DNA from: Azolla caroliniana
Lineage: Eukaryota; Plantae; Polypodiophyta
Assembly: GCA_043228905.1 (NCBI GenBank)
Contig: JBHGNT010000006.1
Coordinates: forward strand, 1,302,001 to 1,366,000
DNA: 64,000 nucleotides
Direction: 5' to 3'
Shown here in pieces: positions 30,793 through 44,241 of this stretch. Each line of letters begins with the position of its first letter. Position 1 is the stretch's first letter. The position numbers and the translations under genes are program-made. The notes under the pieces were generated by a model, which had not been told where the DNA came from, did not search any database, and saw only the letters and a list, made by a program, of their open reading frames with translations.

Positions 30793-32339
30793 ACTTAATG
30801 AAGCCCACACTTAATATATAATTTTCCAATTCCAAATAGTCATTGCCACTGCGGAAATAATGCAAAAAGAACACATTCCATAACGAATACTTTGTCTTCA
30901 CAAAGGTACTCCACCCAATATGACCCTCTAACGAATACTTTTACCATACTTCGAGGGTGTTTACCATACTCGATTGATTGAAATATTCTCGAATGCACGT
31001 ATGGTTCATACTAAGAATCTATGTAGCTCCATATAAATTTGTGATCCTCCATAAAACTATGGTCTTAGTTCTTTATAAATTATAAATTATAATATAGATC
31101 ACATTATATAAGAGATAAAAAATGTAGCACAGTGAGGAACTTTGCTGCCATGATCGATAATGTTGACCTAATCTTCTAGTGATGTTCACTTTGTCATTAT
31201 CGATTTGGTACAAGAAAACTTGAAAAAGAGATTTCGTGTGTTTGTTGGAAGTGGTTAAAGTGCTAATAGAATTTTTATGTTTGAAGGTCTTGGTCTTAAA
31301 TATCCACCAAATAATTTCATGGGCACACGCATGTGCTTAAAACGACCATCCTTTCATGAGGCTCCTTAAGAACCCTAAATTACGCCTTTAACCCCCTCCC
31401 CATATATTTGTTAAAGTGGCAGCCTAACCCCACTCCACGTTTTCATACTCCTACATATGCAAACTATATTGGAGGTTATGCAGAGAGAATGATTTAGAGA
31501 TATCAGGTTAAAAATGTGTTGTATGTAAGTTTTGTTTTGATGGCTAAAATGTAAAAGTACATAGTCATGAACGACCATTCACGGATGTCCAAATGAGTAG
31601 TTGAAAAGGCTATGCTGTTGATGTATGAATCCACCATGCTGCTGTACTTTCCTTTGTCATTCATGTGACAAGCTCGTATGAGCAATCACTTGCCCCACAT
31701 TTTCTTGGGCCAATCATACTGACATGGTGATGGAATTCGCCTTCAGAGGTGTGGGTGATGTTAGAACACGATAATAATAATAATAATAATAATAATAATA
31801 TAAGCTTAATTAAACCTCACTCATGTCCATCTATTATCGATTATCCTTAATACAAAAAAAGGTATATCAACACATAAATCTCTACGTTTATTGAAAGCGT
31901 GTGATATTATTATGATTTCCCTATCTTCCTACTAAACACACCACACAATTATATCAAATTTATTTTAAGGATGGATCATGTGATGTGTCCTCTCCTCCTC
32001 TACAGTTGGTCGACGTTGTGGTTGAGCAGGGACTTATTTATGAGGGACATTTTGGCCTACCGTTTTCCCAAACACATAGTAAATTTCCTAATATATAATA
32101 CATACACGATTGTTGGGCGGACTTTTTGCGAGACGAGTTGGCACAAAACAATCAATAAAATCAATAGAGAAGGTATGCATGCATGTATGCGGAAAAGAGA
32201 ATATAATATATACATAAATAGAGGGGGAAGGCAGTTTAGGGTTGAGACGAGAAGAAAAGAGAAAAAGAAAAGAAAAAAAAGGGGGGTGGGGGGGAAGGGT
32301 GAGGGGTTAAAACGTCAGAGAAAAAGAAAAGATGCAGTG

Positions 32340-32873
32340 GTAATAGCAGTAGCAGTAGCAGTAGCAGTAGCAATGGCAGAGAGAGCATTTAATGCTCTCC
32401 TCCGCCCCACCCATCATCACCATCACATCATCTGGGAAAACCTCGAGAAGAAAGAAAAAAGAAAGGCCTTTTTAAAAAAATGAAACAGATATTGATTGAA
32501 AAACAATAGAGAGAGAGTAGTGGTTTTGGGGAAGGGAAGAAGGAACCAAAGCGTGTTGCTTTTTGCAAAAAAGTGCAGAAATCTGTCCTCTGTGTCTGTG
32601 TTTACACGCAGAAAGACGCGGACCTGCTCTCTCTGTGGCTTTCTTTTCATTTCTGAGCGACTAAGCGAGCGAGCGGACGGGCGGGAGGGAGGGAGGGCGG
32701 GAGGGAGGGACCCACCCCCGTGCTTCGCATTTAATGCACATGGAAAACCCCGCCATTTCTCTCTCTGTGTCTGTCTATCTGTCTTATTCATTCCATTGAC
32801 AACATCGAGGATCCAGAATTATTGAGATCTTCTTCTCATCAAAACTTTTGATTTGACAATGAAACCCCTCTCT

Positions 32874-32946
<73 letters not shown>

Positions 32947-33040
32947 TCGCAATAAACAAATTATGAACCTACTTCTAAAAAATTCCCTCTGATGCCCTTG
33001 CCACCGTATCCATCCATCCACAACACTCCCTTATAAGTTA
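32340..33040. promoter_or_regulatory. Promoter/enhancer-like module with two HD-ZIP IV-type palindromes
   Basis: GAGAGCATTTAATGCTCTC at 32381-32399; GCATTTAATGC at 32727-32737; class I TCP-like GGGACCCAC at 32707-32715; long (CT)n at about 32868-32943; TATAAG at about 33032. Confidence 0.5.
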
Positions 33041-34798
33041 TCATCTCTTCTCAAAACTTTAAAATCCTTCCGCCTCACATTTTTAGATACATCCGCCACC
33101 CACCTTTTCCCTTTCCCTTCGCTTGTCCTCCTCCAATTCTGCACTGCATTGCTTGCCTTGCCTTTGCCATGCCATGCCTTCCCACTCCAAGAAGAATCTA
33201 CATATACAAATGCGTCCTTTTCGAATGTATCCATGACGGATGGACACCTTCCTACTTGCAAAGAAACTATAGACCAGAAGATTACTTTTGCACATGAGTC
33301 ACCATCATCATCCATGTCTTTATATCGCAACTCGCATGATTGTACTCCACAGCAATTAATGTGGTATACCCTATATTTATATTCAACTCTCAGGGGCCCT
33401 GTCTTTTACCATGCATTATACATACATACAGACTGCCAAGTCAAACCAGGTTACGCAAGGTACCATGCTGCCACACTTCTGGTGACTTTTGTCTCATCAA
33501 GATATGTATACATACCATACATATACCACATCCATAGACAACTCACCTTCTGGATGAAAACCAATTATGTCAACACCAGGACATATGATCAATCAATTAC
33601 ATTGGAGTTGGACCACCATAGCAACAATGACTCCACAAGAAACCTTCCACGCCACTTGCCTAGCCTACTACTAGCCAGATTGAACTTCCATAACATCATA
33701 TCATACATGTGCTCCCATTCACTCTTCACAAACAAGTTGGCATCGAAAACAAATCTTGCCGTATCAAGATGTGCACCATATATCAATCTTATTGCTATAT
33801 ATTTTATCCAAACATATCACCATCACTAAATGGATGAGTTCACAAGCAATACCTCCATGAATACATAAGGTGTATACAAAGTTTGTGGACATATTCACTT
33901 GGTTCCAAGCATAAATTTAAGACACCTATCTCATCATTCTTAGATTTAACGGAGTACTCCACAGAACAGTTAAGGAGCATGCTATTGTATTCCAATGTTG
34001 AGATACTACAACTCTGTTCATATCATTGAATTGGTTTGAATGGCTCTTCTCAATATTCAAAATCCACACAAGACTGATCAGGTAAAACTTGTAAATTATG
34101 ACCTAAAACTTATGCCGAATGTTATTGAGGCAACCAATTACTTGTGACATAATGTAATTATACTGATATTAAGACTACCAATCACTTGTGACATAATGTA
34201 TTTTATTTACTTCGATTAATCATAAGATCAGCACTTAACCACAAAACCATTTCCGCTAGAAAAAATCTATTGGTGAAAATTAATGAGATTCATTGTTTCG
34301 ATACTGTGACTTATGGTAGTAAATATTGAATTAAAAAGCTATCAGGTCAAATTTCTATTAAAATGACTAAATCTTACATAAGCAAGGATAATAATCCCAA
34401 TCGATTGATTCTATGACTCCATATACTTAGTGACTTTCAACACTTTTAATCCACAACACAACACCCACATACAACACTCCATATATATACACGAAAATTA
34501 TAATTACATTAAGACAATAAAGTGATGAATAAATACACGATTATGTTTGGTCATTGAAGTTAAACAAAAGATCAAGTTAGATCCACTCGAAGCAACAAAT
34601 GATATGGAATCATAAGACAGACAGATTTGAGAGAAACAGAAATACATTAAAATCTTAGCTGAAAGCCAAGTGTTACATCACATATAATCTTTGCATGTGA
34701 AAAACCAAGTAACATGGAATTAAGAAGGAAACACTGATGGGTTCGTTATATAGAAAGCAAAAGATGAAGGTCGAGGCAAAAAGCATGGGGAGAGAAAT

Positions 34799-35033
34799 GA
34801 AGTCAATACCCGAACCACATATGGTAAATAAAGAGGAGAATTAAAGTATATAGTTTTTAGGGTCACAACGTATATATATAAATATATATACATATATGTT
34901 GTATGTGTGAATATATATATATATATATATATATTCATGTATATGCGTATGTACCCTGTTTTTCTCCTCTTTCGTATTTATAGGGTGGCAGAGTTGTAAA
35001 GAACAAAATTTGAGATGTGGTGCGTTCTTGACT
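34799..35033 (-). promoter_or_regulatory. Conserved HD-ZIP IV 3'-UTR motif pair (putative stem-loop)
   Basis: In mRNA sense, AGTCAAGAACGCACCACAT (35033-35015) and ATGTGGTTCGGGTATTGACTT (34820-34800) are mutually complementary. They match the motifs known from class IV HD-ZIP 3' UTRs. Confidence 0.8.
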
Positions 35034-35236
35034 GTTTTCCTCATTCCTCTTCTTTTTCTCTTTAAAAGGGCTTCAGGTTGATGTTAACATATATATAATA
35101 TATATACCATATAATGAGGGTGATTTATGTATATATATGGATGTTAGGTTAGGGTGATGAGTGGATTTTTTAATGCTTAATTAGAAGATTAGATAGTAAT
35201 AATATATATAAGATGTGATTAATAAGATCTCATTCA

Positions 35237-38200
35237 TTATGATATACTGAGTACATCATGATGCTTAAGAGAAAGAGCACTCTTAATCCTCACAACTGTA
35301 TTTGAGATGAGCTTGTTGACAGTGGCTACTGATCCTAAAGAGAGTCTTGCGGTGGGGACGTGATCGACGAGGATTTGGAAAGCGACTGTAAGCAAAGATC
35401 CCTCTGAATGCTCTGCCCCATTACTGCCGGGATAATCCGCCGATGGCAACAGGGGTCCCGCTGGAAGGATTGCAAATCCCGAAGGTAAGAGGGCAACGCA
35501 CTCAGGGTCACCCCCGTTAAGGACCGCACTCATCGCTGCTATGTCCACAGGTGCGTACACGACAAGCGAACATGATTCGTCTGTGCAACATTCTTGAAGG
35601 ATGAGCATGTTGCTTTGGTTCGCGTCAATCGGCTGCAGCGACAATTTCAACACACAGGAAATGAAACATGCAAGATGAAGCCAATCAGAGAATGAAACTA
35701 ATGGAAAGGGGAAAAAAAGCACAGACAAAAGCATATAGATATTTCATACATTGACACGCAGAAGAGAGACGCAGTTGCCAGGGTCTGGTCCCTTGGCGAT
35801 GTGAAACATCTCCTCCACCACTCCAGTGTTGGAGAGTATGTCCCACTGCAATGGACATCAATTGTGTTAGCTGATTAGTTAAGGCTATATTTGGCTACTA
35901 TTTCGCAGAGTTTTTAGACAACAATCGATGCGATACCTCAGTTCGGAACCTTTCATCACGGAGGAATTGAAAGACCTTTGATGGAGCCACAGGGAGCCAG
36001 AGAGACGTAGCAGCACTAAGAACAATGCCAGGTGGACGTCCAGGATCATCAACACTCTTCCTAATCACTACGCGCACATCATCTGCACCACCAGATCCAG
36101 CTAATGTCACCCATGTGTGGGCTGTGGAAGCACTAACTCCACCACAGAAGTTGTTGGTCATCCTTTCTGCCAACTTCAACATACTTCGCCGCCCTTCACC
36201 ACTCGGTACCACAGCTATTAGAGAAAGAGAGACCCAAAACATTAAGACTTGAGCTATCCTCCCGATAATGTACAGAACGCCCACAATGTATCACCCTACC
36301 ACTCATGTCTCTAGGGGACGGAATGTTGTTGGCTAGCACACTCGCAATCCTCTCGCATTGTCGTTGTAGAGTGCATAACCAACGTTTCGCGCCGAACCCC
36401 ATTCCACAACTCACATAAGGCTGATATAAACTGTGGACACCTCGGCTATCAGCTTCTACATGCTCAACCCATGTGACCTGTAAAAACATGAATCCATTTC
36501 CATTCTAAGGCTTCATTCATTTAAAAACATTTCCATTTACATGTTAGGGATAACAAAGTTCATGGTACAAACCTTCGAGTAACCGCTTTGCAATTCCTCA
36601 ATTACACAACCTGAAGGCCGTCTCCGGCACCGAAGCAGGGATGCCGGAGGATTCCCTCGCATGCTGTCAATGGATACATCAACAACTACCCACAGATTAT
36701 CCATGCGCTTGGGGTAACGCAAGAAATAGTTTTCACGTGTCGGAACAAGAGGTGTGGGGAGCTGAAACTCTGCGTACATCTACGCACCAACACAACAATT
36801 AATGAAAAAATGCCAGTTAGGTAGGATAAGTTATTTAGGGTTAAGAGCTATGCAAAATAATAAGACAACATCTTTCTAGTCCGTGTTAGACAGCGACAAC
36901 CTGTCGTCATCATTTGCAGATGCATGATACTATAGATTTTGCAGTGAACTTGTTTTAGATAAGTTCCCACATGGAAAATACACGATTTCAAATCATTCAT
37001 TACCAATTGTATGGCACCGTCAAAAGTTCCTGCAATTCCAGACGAGAGGACCTCGACGGTGTGGGCTCTCGAGATGATGGACGGGAACATCTCAACCAGG
37101 CGATTCTACATTCAGATTATAGCAAATTGTAACACTTTAAGGTTGGTTAGCAGATTAAAAAACATGTACAGCGGCATATTGTTATAAACTCCGTACCATA
37201 TCCATGAGGGTTTCCACAAGGGAGATTGAGTTCATGATAACAACGCCAGTTTGGCGAGAGCTCTCAGATTTGAGACCAGGAGGAGTGGGTCCGATTCCGC
37301 GAGGGAAACGTTGGATGTATGCATCATGGTCAATGTATTCGTTGCCTGTAGTAGGGTCTACAAGCCAAAGCCGGGGTTGATCGGACATGGAGGCTGTCGC
37401 GACTTGTATAAGCTCTTCCATGGCAGCCACAGCCAGCTCGACAACCAGGGGCTTCTCAGCCTCAGTGAGGCCAAATGGTCGAGATGCAATCTCTGCAACA
37501 CTAGGGCTCAAGGAATTAACCAACAAAGGGGTGTTAACAACATTATTGGACGACATTGTAGTGTTGTTGGCTGCTGCAGAGACTAGTGGGCGTTCGCTGC
37601 CATCCTCGTTCATTAGAGGGTGGTTGCCAGTCGAGGTTGCTGCAGAGCTGATAAGGGGGATGGCGTTACTGTTTCCTGGTGCAGGTACATGCCTCCCGAT
37701 GTATTTGGCTGCCATTGCAGTTATTCTCTCAATCTGAAAACGCAGGCACGTTAGTACCCGCTAACCCTAACCTTACGCATTTTTAGATATGTATAAAACA
37801 AAACAAAAAAACACATCTTATTTTCATGACCATTACCTTCAGCGATAATACTAGGGTTTACACGATTATACACCAGGCACCACCGAGCAATTAATAATGT
37901 AAATAACAAACATTGATCGATTTACCTACACCAGACGACTAATAGCAACTAGAACGAACTTCAAATTCGTAGAACGTATAAGAAAACCCTAAAAAAGCAT
38001 ATGGTGGTAACGATGACTCTTAACATTATCAGAAAATCCTACATAAACACGTGGCGCAACCCTTTCGATAAAAGCCCGAAATGTTAAAACCTTGGAAAAT
38101 AGTTTTCCTTGTCTAATTTAAAATCGGTACCTCTTCGCGGAGCCTAGCATTCTCGATCCGGAGCTGCTGTTCTTCGTAGGACATCTCCGCCAGGTTGGCA

Positions 38201-39328
38201 GGACCGCCACAATTAGGGCACGCTACATGGCGCACCGCGTCGCGCAATGCAAAATTCTCCGCCTTCAACCTCTCGTTCTCTGACCTTAGAGAATTGTTAT
38301 CCTGCCTCTCGTGCTGAGCCTGGCGATGTTTTGGAATTGTTCACGACAAAGTTAGAACATTTCCATTTCTTTCCTACATTTGATGTGTAGCGTGCGTGTA
38401 TTTCTCGTACCTTCATTTGAGTTCGTTTGTTCTGGAACCAGAACTTGATCTGTCGAGCAGAGAGCTTCAGCTCTCTGCTAAGCTCTTGCCTCTGCTTCTC
38501 GTCAGGATGCGGACATTCTTTGAAAACGCTGATCCGATTAAAAAATACAATTTGGTTAGACTATTGTATCCTACCACCACACAGGGGGAAAAAAAACACA
38601 TCTTTTTGTTCATTATAAGAAGATGATATTAGAAGCAAAATGTTTGGAAAATTTCAAAACCATAAAGTCGAACTCATATATAACCCAAGGGTATGAAGGA
38701 GATTCCCTAATCAGAATGATTAATTGTGAGATTATTTTGTACCGTTCCATTTCTGCAATTTGATGCAGCGTGTGTCGATGATATCGTTTCTTAGCTGGCC
38801 TTTGATCCATATTAGCTTCGAGCAATTCATGTTGATCCTCTCCACCTGACCCTGCTTCCATATTCTCACTGCTAGATTTGCTCTCAGTCTCATCCAATAT
38901 ATTCTCCTTCATCATATTCTTTGCTTGCTGATCTGTATTATGTGTATGGTTATGGTTATTGGTATTATTATTAATCACGTTCACAGAGTACCTCTGTTCT
39001 TCATTGATTTTATATTGCTGCAAATTTTTGTAAGACAGGAAAAAAAGGTAAGAAACGCTACTGGTGAATGAAATGTATACTGATGCTTCATGAAAATGAT
39101 AGGATGTGTTTAGTGATAACAAATAGGGATGATTGATCACTAGTAATGATGATTGGTGATAGTAATTACCAGTCCAAGAGATAGATTAGAGGTTGAGAAT
39201 ATGCTAGGCGGAATATTAGATGGTATCAGGGATCCCATCATGTTGTTGATATTACCACCATATCCACCAATTCCAGAATTTACTCCAAAATTCGTCTGAA
39301 GAGCCACCGTTTCTCCTCCAAGCTTCAT
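35237..39328 (-). CDS. Class IV homeodomain-leucine zipper transcription factor (HD, ZLZ, START, SAD; ATML1/PDF2/HDG family)
   Basis: Phase-consistent exons: 39328-39170, 39017-38743 (KKRYHRHT), 38528-38411 (FKECPHPD...[13 protein letters not shown]), 38319-38131 (CPNCGG), 37733-37197, 37105-37004, 36779-36573 ([13 protein letters not shown]...CRRRPSGC), 36477-36300 (VTWVEH), 36214-35937, 35845-35750, 35632-35237 ([15 protein letters not shown]). Confidence 0.95.
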
Positions 39329-39579
39329 GACTTGTATCACCTATCCCTGCTTGTGCTCCTGTTAGTCAATCTTCTGTATGGCGAAGCTTCGATTAGCTAA
39401 TCTCTCACTTTAAAGGCAGTCTGTGTAGACTTAGATAAGGGTTAATATGTGTTGTAGGAGAAGCATAGAACTACCCCCTGAAATCTAGAGGTTAATCAAG
39501 GGGAAAGCAGATAGAAGGAGAGGGAAAGAGGCTTAAATTTAACAACCAAGTTAGATGAAGATTAATAAATTCCAAGCCT

Positions 39580-39936
39580 ATGAGGAGGGCAGGGAGAGAG
39601 AGACAGAGAGAGAGAGAAGGGCAGCTAAAAACTATAAGAGTCAGTTTAGCTGCAGATCTGAGGAGGATGGATACAGATATAGATAGGTATTAGGGTTCAA
39701 AGGAAATGGATGAACAATATGTAAGCATAAGATCTTACGCTTCTTTCTCTCTGTCTGTCTCTCCCTATCTCTTTGTGGAAGGAAGGAAGGAAGGAAGGAA
39801 GGAGGAGGAGGAGGAGAGGGAGTTTGGGAGGTGGGAGGTGGGAGGTGGGAGGTGGGGGGAGAGGAAGAACAGAAGAAAAAAGATGGAAGGAGAAGGAGAA
39901 GAGAGAGTAAGAGGAGGGAGAAGGGAAGTGTGATTG

Positions 39937-39988
<52 letters not shown>

Positions 39989-40560
39989 TAATGGCGAGAT
40001 AAGAGGGGGGGGGGGGGGGGGGGGAGCAGAGTAATAAAAGGTGGGAGGGGGGATGTAGAGAGAGAGAGAGAGTATCTCATAATAATACAAAATACAATAT
40101 GTACATACATACATACACTCGCATGTATGTATGTATGTATGTATGTATCTTCTTTTTCCTCCTTTTCCTTTTTTTGGGTGGGAGATAGAGAGAGAGAGGG
40201 TTTGTTCTTCTCAACCAAACACAAGAATGCCGCCTCCTCCTCCAATCGCAGCCGTCCGATTGGCCATGCAGTTCGCTACGTAATCTAACGGCTCTCCTCC
40301 CTCCATTCCTTCAGCCCCCCCCCCCCCCATTGGATGCTGTCTTTCTTCTCTCTCCTGGACCCCCCCTCCTCCTCTTCTCTCTCTATCTGGCGTACCTTCT
40401 TATTTTTAGGGGGTACCTCGTTTTTTATTTTATTTTCATTCGCTTGTTTATTTTCGGGGGATTTTCTTTATATGTTCGTTTAATTTGTAGGTAAGCGCCA
40501 AATTTCTGGGAGTCAGAGAGAGAGAGAGAGAGAGAGAGACAGTGTATGTGTGTTGTGTGT
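39580..40560 (-). promoter_or_regulatory. Microsatellite-rich 5' UTR/promoter of the HD-ZIP IV gene
   Basis: (GA)n, (GT)n, poly-G at about 40004-40024, (ATGT)n and CCAAT-like boxes at about 40242-40263, upstream of ATG 39328. Confidence 0.5.
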
Positions 40561-42114
40561 GTGGGGCGATGGAGCGATGCCTAGAGAGAAGAAATTAGAA
40601 AAACAAATCAATTTGTTTTTTTTCTTTTCCTTTCCCTTCTTCCTCCTTTTTTCGTTTGTTTTTTCCTCCTATTTTGTCCCATTTGTTTATGTTTTTCTAT
40701 ATTTTGTCTATTTATTTTTTTCTATAATCTCTCGACCTCGATCTACTTACTTTGATTTCTACTGGTGGTCCTACGTTTCTATATTCATATTTCGTTCTTT
40801 TTTTCCTCTTTTTATTTAAAAATTTAGTCTTTAGTTCCGTTTTTTATATTTTAGTTTCATTTCTACACTTTCTCTATTTTATAATAATGAATCTTGTTAA
40901 TACACAAAATTCGCTAAATACATCGTAGTAATACAAAATTACCGAAATACCCCTCACCTCCCTCTCTCCAAATCTTTGTGAGAGATCAGGTATGGAATTT
41001 TCGGGATCTATGTGAATTTCAGGACTGTCTCTTATTTTTATTTTTAGTGAGAGCAGAAACAGTGGGTATCTAGTCAATCGTTATTGTTCTTATGATCATA
41101 AGACAATCTATATACTCTTGCCAATGTGTAGATATATTATATATACTAGAAGCTCTACAAGTGTGAACGCGAAGTGGTGTGATTTGACTAAAGGCCACCA
41201 CATGTGGTATGAGAACTCACTCTCGCGGGGCCAACCTTTTGCATTCATGAGGTGTTATTGTGTAGGAATGATGTTGCGGTTTATTTATATGGGAGTTATC
41301 ATATATGTGGAGGAATAATCATTCGAGTACCAATTACGTGATTGCACATGTGAGGTCCATACATGGTCCAATGCATATCCATAACTTCGTGCTTTCGCAG
41401 GCAGATCAGGGGTGATTTGAAATTTCGACAACATTTATTCGAATATTGCATAGCCTTGATTTGTCTAGTTGGTTGACGTTAAAGTCGCACCAATAAGGTA
41501 TCTTTTGGTTGCGGAAGTTTATTTCAATGTGGTTTTTTTTCTAAAATATTCGTGAACCACCCAACGTTGAACTTTGGTGACTTGTATATGCCTATCGCTT
41601 TGTATTGAACATTGCATTGTTCTAGATCTTGCATTTATTAACTCAAGACTCGTGATTGCATGCAAAATGAAGCTTGTTTGAGTATACTATTAGTACTTGT
41701 TGATTTATGTGGTTCCCTTATTGAGTGTATATACATATTCATGCATCAAGACTCGTTGCATGCACCGATAACTACACTTAACAATAATAAATCAATGTGA
41801 GTACATCATACGCATTAGTTGCATGAAGTGTTGTCGACCATTCGTGACGGTACAAGGGTTTTGTTTTATTTTTTAGCACTTGCGCATCCATCCACTCAAT
41901 TCGTCAATGTCGTTGAGCAAGTATTCCATTGTTAATATGGTGATGGTGTTTTCTAGATTGCGTGGAAACATTTCTGAACCTTATTTCAAAATTTCATCCA
42001 ATATTTTGAAACAGCTTTTCCAAACCTTGTTTCAAAATAGAATTATTTTTTTCATCAAATATCTTGAATTTTGCATTAATGTAATAATAGAAGAGAATGA
42101 TATATGGTCAACAA

Positions 42115-42683
42115 TGTTAGGATCAAAGCCGGCCACAACCGGTTAACACACTTCACGTATGCGGGTGCAAGGATCGAAAATGACGGTGCACAGACAACAA
42201 ATAGAAACAAACAAATACAGAGAAACAGAGACCAAGGCCGCTGGATATTTTACGTGGAAAACCCGAAAGGGAAAAACCATGGGGGCACAAACCCCAAGAA
42301 ACCAATCACTAAGTGTACAGAGATGAGTACAACGAGACTCGGAGGCAACGACCTTGAGCTCAACTTCGTTTAACAGACGCCAGCAGAGTTACTACTCTCT
42401 CTCTCACTCTTACTAGTTACAGAGGCAACTACTTAGTGTAACTATACAAATAATGTTCAACTACACTAATGATTCTACACCATAAATTTTGCCCTAGTTG
42501 TATTTATACCAATACAACTTACTGGGCTATTTACATATATAGCCCACAAGGGGCACATTAAGACTATTTACAAATATAGTCTCCCAAATCGATTAATAAT
42601 CGATTTTTTGATTTTCTTCCTCTTTCTCTCTTTCTTCGACTTGAATTCCTCTTCCCATCTCCAAAGGGACTTGTTTCCCAATA
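42115..42683 (-). mobile_element. Solo LTR (copia-like)
   Basis: TG...TA ends and TSD AACAA (42110-42114 / 42684-42688). Contains the GGTTTTTCCC...GGGTTTTCCACGT motif on minus. No internal region. Confidence 0.85.
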
Positions 42684-42699
42684 AACAACTAGGTGTTAA

Positions 42700-43700
42700 T
42701 GCATAAAACTTGGCACAATGAGATCCTAGATTCAAAGCTCCCAAAAAAACACTTGAGAGTCAATGTAAAAAAGAGCACAATTTGTAGCCTTCTCATATTA
42801 ACATGGTACTAAAACTTGTGTATGATTTCCACCTCCATCACGTATGATTGCATTGTTGAGGTATTGTACATGGGTGCAACTTTGGTAAAAGAACAATATT
42901 TGCCATGACTAATATTGGTAGCAATCTATCATTTGTTCGCAACACCTATAATGGATTAAAATTCTAATGATGCATGATGAATATCTAGATTAAGAAAAAA
43001 AAGAAGTCTAAGGTTACTTAATTACATCGACTACCCCAATAAAAAGGACTATAGATGAATATTACTGCATGTGTCCCATACCATCAAATATTACCTTTTG
43101 TTTGGACTAGAGAGCTTTTCCTCACAAATAGAGCCTCAACAACATCTCGAGATGTCGTAATGAAGGGGGGTTGTTAGTCCCCTTCTTATAGCTCAACATA
43201 TTGGGCTTTGTAATCCACCATGTACCCCCACTTGTTGTAGATCCTCATGGGTTTGTCCCAAGTCCTATGAGACTATAGCTTTAGAATTGATCTTTAAGTT
43301 TACACGTAAAACATACTCCATGTTTCCAAAACAATGCATTCTTGCAACAACAAATCAAAACCAAGAAAGCTATATCTAAGAGCGCTCTCCTTCTCCCAGC
43401 TGACATCATGCACAATTTGGTCCACCTAGTTAGTTTTGATGTCCTAGATTTGTTTAGATCTCAAACATTTTGTTTGAACGTCATAATATTTTCTACCAAG
43501 CAAGGATCATAAGACAACACCTATTGAATTACCAAGTTTTCTATGGTTATCGTGTTATCATCTTAACCAAGAAGTTATTTCAAGCAACTTACATGAAAAA
43601 CACAATCATTGTCAACACAACATGATTTAGGATTTTAGGATTTTGAAAGGTCCACGGTAACATGGTTATCTCAATTATACCATTAAAAATATAGTTTTAG
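42700..43700 (-). mobile_element. Ancient gypsy integrase relic
   Basis: VFHVSCLK motif on minus at about 43580-43603. The rest is too decayed to delimit. Confidence 0.35.
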
Positions 43701-44241
43701 AACTAGCCCTTAAGGTCATGCCCACCACCAAGTACATGATCCATTAATGATCTCTCAAATGGTTAAAATTAATATTTATGGACATTCCCATCCATGAGTA
43801 CGAAAGATATTTGTCTCATTTTGGTGAGCTTTCAAAATATAACATTTTGTTGGTGAAGCGCATCACCCATTAATGATCCTTCAAGTTGTCGAAATGATCA
43901 TGGGCATTGCCATCCACAAGCATGAAAGATAGTGTTCGCATTGAGTGATTCCCCAATTGTGACGCATCTAATATTAACAAAATAAAAAACATTGATAAGA
44001 GTTCATGTGTTTTGCCCACTTGTTTACCATGATTCCCCAAATGCCAAAACTCGCAAAATGCACCAAATTTTTAAAATGACATTTTTTGTTATGATAAGGT
44101 AAATTAATTATTTTGGATTATATTTTGCAAAGTATGCTAAAGTAGAACAATGTTTTGGTGAGGCCCTCCTTTTGTTAAACATGAATTCACCCTCTCTTGG
44201 CGAAAAAAATAAAACACTCGCCTTCTCTCATTTGGTGAAGC

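Noticed and set aside
31971-33021. ORFs of 60-170 aa in the downstream regulatory island
   Set aside because: Low-complexity products of (GCAGTA)n, (CT)n and A/G runs.
33060-34700. Possible MIRNA precursor behind the candidate promoter
   Set aside because: I recognised no conserved plant miRNA sequence or long hairpin by eye. RNA folding and small-RNA data would be needed to exclude it fully.
39338-39360. miR390-like target site (CTATCCCTGCTTGTGCT)
   Set aside because: Too many mismatches, and it lies on the strand opposite to the HD-ZIP IV mRNA.
39641-40245. Pro/Ser-rich ORFs upstream of HD-ZIP IV
   Set aside because: These are translations of microsatellite and homopolymer tracts.
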